Positions 42,443 to 49,849 of a stretch of DNA of 64,000 nucleotides are shown here, in pieces. The notes below the pieces were generated by a model that saw only the letters and a program-made list of their open reading frames with translations, was not told the origin of the DNA and ran no database searches. Numbering within the stretch: position 1 is the stretch's first letter; the number at the start of each line of letters is the position of its first letter. The stretch is from NCBI GenBank assembly GCA_947473125.1, contig CANJDH010000015.1, positions 184-64,183 on the forward strand, in the 5' to 3' direction. The stretch comes from Burkholderiales bacterium (GTDB lineage: Bacteria > Pseudomonadota > Gammaproteobacteria > Burkholderiales > JAEUOS01). The position numbers were made by a program, and so were the translations under genes.

Positions 42443-43297
42443 ATGCTCCTGACGCTACAAGCCTACCCTGCCGTGTTCCTGACCATTTGCCTGCTGGTCG
42501 GCTTGTCGGTGGGCAGTTTTCTGAACGTCGTCATTCACCGTCTCCCCAAAATGATGGAGGCCGAATGGCAAGCGCAGGCGGCCGAACTGCAAGGTCAAGC
42601 GCCGATTACAGCGCCACGCTACGACCTGATTTCGCCGGGCTCGCATTGCCCTGGCTGTCGCCACGCCATCACTGCCACGGAAAACATCCCGCTGCTGAGC
42701 TGGGCCTGGCTGCGCGGGCGCTGCTCCGCCTGCAGGATGCCCATATCGGCACGCTACCCGGCGGTGGAACTCATCACCGGCCTTTTGTCGGTACTGGTGG
42801 GCTGGCGCTTTGGCCCGACGATCGCCTGTGCCGGCGCCCTGCTGTTGACCTGGAGCCTGGTCGCCCTGGCCTTCATTGACTTCGATACCACCCTGCTTCC
42901 CGATGCGATCACGCTGCCGCTTGTATGGGCTGGCCTGGCACTGAACCTGTTTGGCACTTTTGCACCCCTCTCCGCCGCCGTCATCGGCGCGATGGCCGGC
43001 TATCTGACATTGTGGAGCGTCTACTGGCTCTTCAAACTGGCCACCGGCAAGGAAGGCATGGGCTACGGCGACTTCAAGCTGCTCGGCGCGCTGGGTGCTT
43101 TTCTCGGCTGGCAAATGCTCCCCCTGATCGTCCTGGCCTCGTCGGTGGTCGGTGCCGTATTCGGCATCGCCCTGATCATCCTGGCTCGACGCGGTCGCGA
43201 GGTGCCGATGCCGTTCGGGCCCTACCTGGCCTGCGCCGGTTTCATTGCCTTGATCTGGGGGAATGAACTGACGCGGATGTACCTCGGTCTGCTCTGA
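42443..43297 (+). CDS. pilD: Prepilin peptidase / N-methyltransferase PilD
   Basis: The product has a Cys-rich methyltransferase loop (CPGCRH...CSACRM) and A24 peptidase motifs (GMGYGDFKL). Confidence 0.95.
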   Translation: MLLTLQAYPAVFLTICLLVGLSVGSFLNVVIHRLPKMMEAEWQAQAAELQGQAPITAPRYDLISPGSHCPGCRHAITATENIPLLSWAWLRGRCSACRMPISARYPAVELITGLLSVLVGWRFGPTIACAGALLLTWSLVALAFIDFDTTLLPDAITLPLVWAGLALNLFGTFAPLSAAVIGAMAGYLTLWSVYWLFKLATGKEGMGYGDFKLLGALGAFLGWQMLPLIVLASSVVGAVFGIALIILARRGREVPMPFGPYLACAGFIALIWGNELTRMYLGLL

Positions 43298-43938
43298 TGA
43301 TGTTCACTATCGGCCTCACCGGTGGCATCGGCAGCGGCAAATCGACGGTGGCGCAGCAATTCCAGTTGCGCGGCATCACCGTGGTGGATGCCGACGCGAT
43401 TGCCCACCAGCTGACTGCCCCCGGGGGCGCTGCCATCGCGGCGATTCGCTCCGCCTTTGGCGCGGCATTCATCGAGCCTGAAGGCGCGCTGGATCGCGCC
43501 AGAATGCGTGCTCACGTCTTCGCACAACCGACGGAGCGCCAGCGCCTCGAGGCTATCCTGCACCCCCTGATCCGACAGGAGACCGCGCGCCAGGCGGATG
43601 CTGCGCAGTCGCCGTATCGCATCCTGATGATCCCCCTGCTGGTCGAAGCCGGGAATAACGACCCGGCGTGGCGAACCCGATTCGACCGGATTCTGGTTGT
43701 CGATTGCAGTGAAGCTACCCAGATCAGCCGGGTGATGGCACGAAGCCGCCTCACCGATGCCGCAGTACGCGCGATCATGGCGACGCAGGCGCCGCGCGAA
43801 GTGCGCAGCGCAGCGGCTGACGACATCATCAGCAACGACGGTGACGTTGATTCGCTGCCGGCACGGGTCGAGGCGCTACATCGGCAATACCTCGCACTCG
43901 CCGCGCAAGCGGCATCGCCAACCATGCCAAAGACATAA
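43297..43938 (+). CDS. coaE: Dephospho-CoA kinase CoaE
   Basis: The product has the P-loop GLTGGIGSGKST. Its start overlaps the pilD stop (TGATG). Confidence 0.92.
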   Translation: MMFTIGLTGGIGSGKSTVAQQFQLRGITVVDADAIAHQLTAPGGAAIAAIRSAFGAAFIEPEGALDRARMRAHVFAQPTERQRLEAILHPLIRQETARQADAAQSPYRILMIPLLVEAGNNDPAWRTRFDRILVVDCSEATQISRVMARSRLTDAAVRAIMATQAPREVRSAAADDIISNDGDVDSLPARVEALHRQYLALAAQAASPTMPKT

Positions 43939-44009
43939 TCTGATTGTCAAAGGGTTGGCCATGCTTCACAATCCGCCATCCGATTGAACCGGTCTTGCCG
44001 CAGCCTACG

Positions 44010-44777
44010 GTGATCGTCTACGAATATCCCCTCTCCGAGCGCATCCGCACATTTCTGCGGCTGGAGGATCTGTTCGACAAGGCCAGTCATTTTGTCGCGA
44101 TGCAACACTCCCTTGAGCACCACGCTGCGCTGGTATCGATTTTCGACATCCTGGATGTGGCCGGCCGTGCCGACCTCAAATCCGATCTGATGCAGGAGTT
44201 GGAGCGCCAGCGCCAAGTGCTCAATTCGTTTCGCGGCAGCCCCGATGTGGCACAGGAAACGCTGGAAAAAATCCTCGGCGAAATCGAAGCGACCCATGCC
44301 GCGCTGGCGGCCAATACCGTCAAGACCGGCCAGCACCTGCGCGAAAACGAATGGCTCATGAGCATCAAGAACCGCACCGGCATTCCAGGCGGCGCATGCG
44401 AGTTCGATTTGCCGTCTTACCACTACTGGCTGCACCGCCCGCCCGAAATGCGCCAGGCCGACCTCCATGGATGGATGGCCCCGATGCTGCCCTTGCATGA
44501 CGGTCTCGGGATCGTCCTGAAAATCTTGCGCGACAGCGGCAAGCCGGCCTCCTACACCGCAGTTCAAGGGCAGTTCCAGCAAATGCTTGCCGGGCGCGTC
44601 GCGCAACTGGTGCGCATCCGGCTCGACGACGCGGTTGCAGCAACGCCGGAAATCAGCGCGAACAAATATGCGCTGATGGTGCGTTTTACTTCGCCCGGCA
44701 ATGAATGGGCAGGTCACGCCAAGGCGCGCCAGGCGGATGGCAATGTCCCGTTCGAGCTGACGTTCTGCAACTTGTAG
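44010..44777 (+). CDS. zapD: Cell division protein ZapD
   Basis: VIVYEYPLSERIRTFLRLEDLF is a ZapD N-terminus. The GTG 44010 start is preferred; the ORF is open from 43944. Confidence 0.88.
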   Translation: MIVYEYPLSERIRTFLRLEDLFDKASHFVAMQHSLEHHAALVSIFDILDVAGRADLKSDLMQELERQRQVLNSFRGSPDVAQETLEKILGEIEATHAALAANTVKTGQHLRENEWLMSIKNRTGIPGGACEFDLPSYHYWLHRPPEMRQADLHGWMAPMLPLHDGLGIVLKILRDSGKPASYTAVQGQFQQMLAGRVAQLVRIRLDDAVAATPEISANKYALMVRFTSPGNEWAGHAKARQADGNVPFELTFCNL

Positions 44778-44795
44778 GATCGCGCCTCGATTGCC

Positions 44796-44978
44796 ATGGC
44801 CGCCATCGTCGCTTGCCCCACGTGCGCTGCAGAAGTCGAATGGTCGCCGGCAAACCCGTTCCGGCCGTTTTGCAGCGAGCGCTGCAAGCTGATCGACCTC
44901 GGCGCGTGGGCGGACGAGCGCTATCGGGTACCGGTCAAGGATGAGCCGGATCCCGGCAGCGGCAACCCACCGACCTGA
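44796..44978 (+). CDS. yacG: DNA gyrase inhibitor YacG (zinc finger)
   Basis: CPTC...[22 protein letters not shown]. Confidence 0.9.
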   Translation: MAAIVACPTCAAEVEWSPANPFRPFCSERCKLIDLGAWADERYRVPVKDEPDPGSGNPPT

Positions 44979-45011
44979 AACCCGCTCCCACCAAGGGTTT
45001 AGGCCAAGTGA

Positions 45012-45635
45012 TCAGCCGAAATCGTCTTCGGCGGCAGGCAAGTGGGAAACATCGCCCCACCCCAAGAGGCGCCACCTTCCGGCGTCAATCTCGATTTCGT
45101 TGATGCTCGAATTGAGCAGTTGCCAAGTGCGCGGTGCGTCCAGTGCCAGGTTTGCCGCGATCCGATACATCGCATCGAGCACGCCGCCGTGGGTCACGAT
45201 GATCACCTTGCCTGCGGTGTCGGACGCGATCGACTCGAGGCAGGCGCGGACACGATCAGACAATCGCAGCAAACTCTCGCCATCCTGCATCGCCCAGGCC
45301 GGATCCCGTGTTTGCCAGCGCTCAAAAGCCTGTGTGTCGTGCACCTGAATCTGCTCGCGCGTCATTCCCTCGAACACCCCAAAACAACGCTCGCGCAGGC
45401 GCTGATCCGTCTCCACGGCAAGCCCGGTCGCGGCCACAATCGGGCGTGCCGTCTGCAGGGTGCGGCCAAGGTCGCTCGCCACCAAACGATCACACATGAC
45501 ATCGCGCAGCCGCTCGGCAGTGGCCTGTACCTGACGCTCGCCGACCGGCGACAGCTCGCTATTTTTCTGCCCCTGGATCCGATGCTCGCGATTCCACATG
45601 GTTTCCCCGTGGCGGATGATCACAAAGTGCGTCAT
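45012..45635 (-). CDS. Histidine phosphatase family protein (GpmB/CobC-like)
   Basis: The product has the RHGET catalytic motif (IIRHGETMWN) and a downstream VTHGGV motif. It lies 37 nt downstream of the radical SAM gene. Confidence 0.85.
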   Translation of the reverse strand: MTHFVIIRHGETMWNREHRIQGQKNSELSPVGERQVQATAERLRDVMCDRLVASDLGRTLQTARPIVAATGLAVETDQRLRERCFGVFEGMTREQIQVHDTQAFERWQTRDPAWAMQDGESLLRLSDRVRACLESIASDTAGKVIIVTHGGVLDAMYRIAANLALDAPRTWQLLNSSINEIEIDAGRWRLLGWGDVSHLPAAEDDFG

Positions 45636-45672
45636 GCACCGTGCCCCATGCGCGGCGCCAGCAAGCGGCGCC

Positions 45673-46737
45673 TCATTGCAATGTCACCGGGATGCGCTTG
45701 CGCCCAAACGGCCGCTCGAATACGCCGAAGCGCCCGGCCACATGGGTGCCGCACTGGGCGCAGCGCTGCGCCTCGTTAATCCGGTAATCACCCGCTTCGT
45801 ACCAGTCGCGCCGCACCAGCCCGGCGCCACACCCGGGACACCAGGTCGACCCGCCCTCGGGGTCATGGATGTTGCCGGTGTAGACAAAATGCAGGCCTTC
45901 CTCTTGCGCGATGCGGCGCGCATGCCTGATCGTGGCAGGCGGCGTCGCTGCCTTGTCGGTCATCTTGAAATCGGGATGGAACGCCGTAAAGTGCAGCGGT
46001 ACGTCGGGCCCGAGTTCCGCGCGGATCCAGCGCGACAGCGCCCGCACTTCGTCATCCGAATCGTTTTCGCCAGGGATCAACAGCGTGGTGATCTCAAGCC
46101 AGCATGCAGTCTCGTTCTTTACATATGAGAGGGTGTCAAGAACGTCGGCAAGGCGCGCCGCGCACAGGTCTGCGTAGAACCTCTCGGTAAACCCCTTGAG
46201 ATCGATGTTGGCCGCATCCATTTTCGCGTAGAACTCGGCACGCGGGGCTGCGTGGATGTACCCCGCCGTCACCGCCACCGTTTGCACATCGACGGCATGG
46301 CACGCATCGGCCACATCCATCGCGTACTCGGCGAAGATCACCGGGTCGTTGTAGGTAAACGCCACCGAGCGTGCGCCGGCTGCCTGCGCAGCGCGCGCAA
46401 TCACTTCTGGCGACGCTGCGGCGCCCAGCTTGTCCATGTCGCGCGATTTCGAGATATCCCAGTTCTGGCAGAACTTGCAGGCCAGGTTGCAGCCGGCCGT
46501 GCCGAACGACAGCACGCTGGACCCGGGATAAAAATGATTCAACGGCTTTTTCTCGATCGGGTCGATGCAAAAACCCGACGACCTGCCGTAGGTGGTCAGC
46601 TGCATCGCATTGCCCTCGCGCTGGCGCACGAAACACGCGCCGCGCTGGCCTTCGTGCAGCTTGCAGTCACGCGGACACAGGTCGCACTGCACGCGTCCGT
46701 CGGGCAGTGCGTGCCACCAGCGCGCCGGATGGTTCAT
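45673..46737 (-). CDS. AmmeMemoRadiSam system radical SAM enzyme
   Basis: The N-terminus has the extra Cys motif CDLCPRDC. The product has the CNLACKFC radical SAM cluster motif and overall PFL-activase-like features. Its start overlaps the upstream stop (ATGA). Confidence 0.9.
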   Translation of the reverse strand: MNHPARWWHALPDGRVQCDLCPRDCKLHEGQRGACFVRQREGNAMQLTTYGRSSGFCIDPIEKKPLNHFYPGSSVLSFGTAGCNLACKFCQNWDISKSRDMDKLGAAASPEVIARAAQAAGARSVAFTYNDPVIFAEYAMDVADACHAVDVQTVAVTAGYIHAAPRAEFYAKMDAANIDLKGFTERFYADLCAARLADVLDTLSYVKNETACWLEITTLLIPGENDSDDEVRALSRWIRAELGPDVPLHFTAFHPDFKMTDKAATPPATIRHARRIAQEEGLHFVYTGNIHDPEGGSTWCPGCGAGLVRRDWYEAGDYRINEAQRCAQCGTHVAGRFGVFERPFGRKRIPVTLQ

Positions 46738-48170
46738 TCCGAAAATTTGGCCACGGCGTAGCGCAACACCCTAACGTCCTCCGACCAATAGGCGGCATCA
46801 AGCCCGGCCTTTTGCTTGAGCGCCGCGAGAAACGCACGCGGCTGCGGGATCTGCTCCCACACCTGGGGCAGAAAAGTCGAGCGCCGTCCCGCCGCCTCGA
46901 AAATCAGGCCATCCTGCAGCGGCGCCAGTTGTGCGGCCAGATCCGCCTCATCCGCGAACACCAGCGGTACGGGCGCGCTCAGCAAGGACACCTCGACCTG
47001 AATCGATGGCAGGTCCTGTGCCGTCACTGCGGCGAAACGCGGATCGCGTGATGCGGCCGCCACCGCATTCTCTGTGACGTCGACACCCAGCGCGCGATGC
47101 GCCGCAAGCGAACCGATGCAGCCACGCAGCGCGCCGTGTTGGGTCAGCGTGACAAAGGTGGCTGCGGCATTTTCGAGCCAGGGCACGGCCGCGAAAGGTG
47201 TGGCCGGCAGCCCCAGAAATCGCTCGATCGAAGCGCGCGCGAGGTGCACCAGCACCGCACCACCATCGGCTGGAAACCATTGCGGGACAACGGTTGCTGG
47301 CACATCTGCAGCCGCGGTGCCGGCTCCCTCGCGCGTTTCGGAGAGCGCGAATGCCGCGTAACCGACGACGCGATCGCGTCCGCCGGCGGTGTCGCCGGAG
47401 TTGCACTGGTCGATCAACTCGACTGCCATGCCGCGCCTGCGTACTACCTGCATCAAGGCGTTGACCGGCGTGGCGCCGCACGCCTGCTCATGGCTGATGC
47501 GCGCATCACCCGCGAGGACTGCCGCAACAGTGGCATTGTCGATACGCACCGCCTCCCGATACGGGTGGTAATGTGACAAGTCGCTGCTCACCACAATCAG
47601 GGTCTCCGCGCCGCCCCAGAGCAGGTCCAGTACCTCGGCCACCATGTCGGGAGTCGCCTCGCCCACCACCAGCGGCACCAATCTGAAATCACCCAGCGCT
47701 TCAACCAGAAACGGCAGCTGCACTTCGAGCGCATGCTCAGCCGCGTGGACCGGTCGCGCCGCCACCACCTGGCGCAGCGCGGCCAGCGCGCGCACCGCGT
47801 CGCGATCCACGGCGACCTGACCCAAAGGCGTTTCGAACGCATCGGCCTCAGGCAAGGCCAGGCCGCGCACATGGACCCGGTGCGCCGGCCCGAGCAACAC
47901 CACGCGGCGAATCGTGCCGCGCAGCGCACCCAGCCGCGCATAGGCGCGCGCCGCCGTCTGGCCCGAGTACACATACCCCGCGTGCGGCACGATCAGCGCT
48001 TTGGGCGGCGCGGGTTCCGGGCCTTCGGCCAACTCGGCGCGTGCCATGCGCAGCAATGCCTGCACGTTGTCCCGCAGGCGCCCCGGCTCTGCCGGATAAA
48101 ACGAGCCCGCCACGGCAGCGGGGCGCACCTCGGAGAGCCGCGCATCGCGGGCGTCAGCCAACGGCATCAT
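46734..48170 (-). CDS. Fused AmmeMemoRadiSam system protein B (Memo-like) and protein A (AMMECR1 domain)
   Basis: The N-terminal half has Memo motifs (VAGSFYP, IVPHAGYVYSG, DLSHY). The C-terminal half has the AMMECR1 motif GALRGCIGS. ATG 48170 overlaps the upstream stop (ATGA). Confidence 0.88.
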   Translation of the reverse strand: MMPLADARDARLSEVRPAAVAGSFYPAEPGRLRDNVQALLRMARAELAEGPEPAPPKALIVPHAGYVYSGQTAARAYARLGALRGTIRRVVLLGPAHRVHVRGLALPEADAFETPLGQVAVDRDAVRALAALRQVVAARPVHAAEHALEVQLPFLVEALGDFRLVPLVVGEATPDMVAEVLDLLWGGAETLIVVSSDLSHYHPYREAVRIDNATVAAVLAGDARISHEQACGATPVNALMQVVRRRGMAVELIDQCNSGDTAGGRDRVVGYAAFALSETREGAGTAAADVPATVVPQWFPADGGAVLVHLARASIERFLGLPATPFAAVPWLENAAATFVTLTQHGALRGCIGSLAAHRALGVDVTENAVAAASRDPRFAAVTAQDLPSIQVEVSLLSAPVPLVFADEADLAAQLAPLQDGLIFEAAGRRSTFLPQVWEQIPQPRAFLAALKQKAGLDAAYWSEDVRVLRYAVAKFSE

Positions 48171-49726
48171 GCCTTGACCTCGCGCCGCAGTTCCTTCCTG
48201 ACCTGGGCCACTACCGCATCCCAATCATTGAGCCCGGGTTGCCTGAACAGGCGCGCAGAGGGATACCACTCGCACGCGTCGCCATGGTCATGCCAGCGCC
48301 AATCCGCTTGCCACGGCAACAGTATCCACACCGGTCGGCCAAGGGCGCCGGCCAGATGCGCCACCGAGGTATCGACCGTGATGATCAGGTCGAGGTTCAT
48401 CATCAACGCCGCCGTGTCGGAAAAATCCTGAAGATCGCCGCTGACGTCAAGGATGCGCGCACGCGTACCCGGCGCGGCATCGGCCACCTGTCGCGCCGCC
48501 TCCCAGGTTTGCAGGGAGACGAATTGCATCCCCGACGCGTCGAGCAACGGTTCGAGCACTTGCAGGACCAGGCTCTTTTTGCGCGAGCGCCGCGCCGCCA
48601 CCGCATCTTGAATCGCCGGATTGGCCGCCCAGCACAAGCCGACGCGCTTGCCCGACACATGGCCCAGCTTGCCGGCCCAGACCGCCACCTTCGCCGCATC
48701 CGCCTTGAGATAGCCCTGCAACGGAGGAAAGCTGTCCCGCGAACGACGCCGCAAGCGCGGCAGGCTGCCGAACGGCACTTGATAGTGAATCGGCGCAGTC
48801 GTGTTCAACCACGGTACCGGCCGCCTGGTCCAGGCGTCCTCATCGGCGCGCAGTTGGTCGTGGATCGTGGCGCCGGGAAACGACGTGCGAAACAGCGGCG
48901 CCAGGTGCGGCTGGCAGCAGATGATCGCGTGGTGCGCCTCGGCAATCACTTCGGCATAGATCGACGCAAACATGATTTCGTCTCCCAAACCCTGCTCTCC
49001 GTGCAGGATGATGGTCTTGCCCGCCAGCGGCTCGCCCTCCCAGCGCGGAAACGGGTAGGGATAGTTCCAGACGTTCGAACCGACCGCGTCGAAGCGATAC
49101 TCGTACTCCTCCCAGCCGCGCTCAAAATTCCCCGTCATCAACAACCAGTGCGCATACTCCCAATGCGCACGCGCATCGGCGGAGGCCAGCGCAACGCTCC
49201 TCTCGTAGTGCGGTTTGGCCAAATCAAAGCGCCGCGCCGAATACAGCGCGATGGCCAGCGCCAGGGTCGCCGCCGCATCGTTCGGCTTCACCTGCAGGTG
49301 CTGCTGGTAGGCGGCAATGGCCTCGTCGAGCCGGTCGTTCTCGAGCAGGCCGTTACCGAGGTTGAGCCATGCCGACGCATGGGTCGGCTCCAGGCGCGCC
49401 GCCTCACGGTAGGCTGCCAGCGCGGCATCGGTACGCCTGAGCGCCCCGTACACCACGCCGAGGTTGTACTGAAACTGCGCCTGGACCGGATGGAGGCGTA
49501 CCGCCTTTTCAATCAAGGCGAGGGCAATCCCGTGCTTCCCGGCAAGATGCGCCAGCACCCCGGTCAAATGCAATGCATCCGGATTCTCCGGCTCGACCTC
49601 CATGATCTTCAGGCACAGGCTCTCGACCTCGGCCCGATTGCCTGCCTGAAACTGGCTCAGCGCCAATTGCACCGCGTCGGCGACCGACACCGCGGTGGGT
49701 TGCATGTTGCCTGCAGCGCGCTCCAT
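48167..49726 (-). CDS. TPR-repeat protein with C-terminal glycosyltransferase family 9 (heptosyltransferase)-like domain
   Basis: The N-terminus has about six TPR units. The C-terminal domain has GEQGLGDEIMFASIY and ITVDTSVAHLAGALGRPVW, which are typical of GT9-like folds. Confidence 0.8.
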   Translation of the reverse strand: MERAAGNMQPTAVSVADAVQLALSQFQAGNRAEVESLCLKIMEVEPENPDALHLTGVLAHLAGKHGIALALIEKAVRLHPVQAQFQYNLGVVYGALRRTDAALAAYREAARLEPTHASAWLNLGNGLLENDRLDEAIAAYQQHLQVKPNDAAATLALAIALYSARRFDLAKPHYERSVALASADARAHWEYAHWLLMTGNFERGWEEYEYRFDAVGSNVWNYPYPFPRWEGEPLAGKTIILHGEQGLGDEIMFASIYAEVIAEAHHAIICCQPHLAPLFRTSFPGATIHDQLRADEDAWTRRPVPWLNTTAPIHYQVPFGSLPRLRRRSRDSFPPLQGYLKADAAKVAVWAGKLGHVSGKRVGLCWAANPAIQDAVAARRSRKKSLVLQVLEPLLDASGMQFVSLQTWEAARQVADAAPGTRARILDVSGDLQDFSDTAALMMNLDLIITVDTSVAHLAGALGRPVWILLPWQADWRWHDHGDACEWYPSARLFRQPGLNDWDAVVAQVRKELRREVKA

Positions 49727-49849
49727 GGAAGAATTGTAGCGTTGGGCAGCGATTGCGCGGCAGCCGGGCGCACAACCATCGCGCTGCGGCCGTGCTACCC
49801 TTACGCTCCAGAATTCGGGGACATTTGAACGTCTGATTCAGGGAACCCT

